From positions 66,464,001 through 66,528,000 of the forward strand of contig OZ024745.1 in assembly GCA_964016885.1 (NCBI GenBank): a stretch of 64,000 bases of DNA, read 5' to 3'. This document shows, piece by piece, positions 63,455 through 64,000 of this stretch (position 1 is its first letter; each line of letters opens with the position of its first letter). The DNA is from Eledone cirrhosa (taxonomy: Eukaryota). The translations under genes were made by a program, and so were the position numbers. The notes beneath the pieces are model-generated. The model did not search any database. It saw only the letters and a list, made by a program, of their open reading frames with translations, and had not been told where the DNA came from.

Positions 63455-64000
63455 ATCATCATCATCATCATCACCGTTTTACGTCCGTTCTTCCACGCTA
63501 GCATGGGTTAGACGGGTTGTCCTGTTGTGGGCAGTGTCTGGTCGGCTGACCATGCCTTGCTCATACAGGAACTGATCTGGCTTGATTTCTACAGCTGGAT
63601 GCCCTTCCTAACACCAACCTCATTTACAGTGAGTGCTGGGTGCTTTTTCGTGGTGCCTACACGTCCACTTTACAGTGTGGGCTGGGTGCTTTTTTGCCGT
63701 GGCACCTCCACGACCACCTTGCGGTGGGGAGGGGGGGCATATTGTTTATATGCTTCAGCATGTACCCATGGGAGGTCGGGTACCCTGTATTACTGCGTGA
63801 CGCCAGAAGTCACGGTCGTGTGTCATTGACTTTGAGAGGTGTAGTTGGGTAAGGTCGGCTTTTATCACCTCATCCCAAGTCATCTTGGGTCTCCCCACTC
63901 CGCGGTTTCCATCAACTTCCAGTGCTCTGCACCTTTTTATGCAGCTGTCATCCTTCATACGCATCACATGTCCATACCAGCGTAACCGCCTCTCCTGCAC
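63455..64000 (-). mobile_element. RTE LINE 3' end (subfamily 2), continuing beyond the window
   Basis: QERRLRWYGHVMRMKDDSCIKRCRALEVDG; 3' UTR; (CAT)n. Confidence 0.9.

Overview
AT-rich eukaryotic (animal) non-coding DNA with no recognisable host gene. The repeat complement resembles a mollusc, probably a cephalopod/octopus (inference). The window is a patchwork of retroelements and microsatellites: many RTE-clade LINE pieces (one nearly complete, 21819-25326), three R4/Dong-type RLE LINEs sitting in (TAA)n tracts, L1/Tx1-type fragments, a Penelope-like element (PLE) fragment, a CRE-type fossil, a Tc1 remnant, a TTAA-flanked MITE and more than a dozen tRNA-type SINEs. The standout is 25483-27616: a nearly homogeneous tandem array of a 420-bp unit (about 4.7 copies plus a terminal inverted fragment) inserted in (TA)n. 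Every unit encodes, on the minus strand, a type I hammerhead ribozyme (CUGACGA-stem II-GAAAC-UA-GUA^, extended stem I, palindromic minimal stem III). This is the architecture of a non-LTR retrozyme that could release 420-nt monomers or circRNAs. Its terminal inversion is mirrored by the PLE fragment at 12749-14030, which suggests PLE-type mobilisation. All alignments and folds were done by eye, so element boundaries are approximate.
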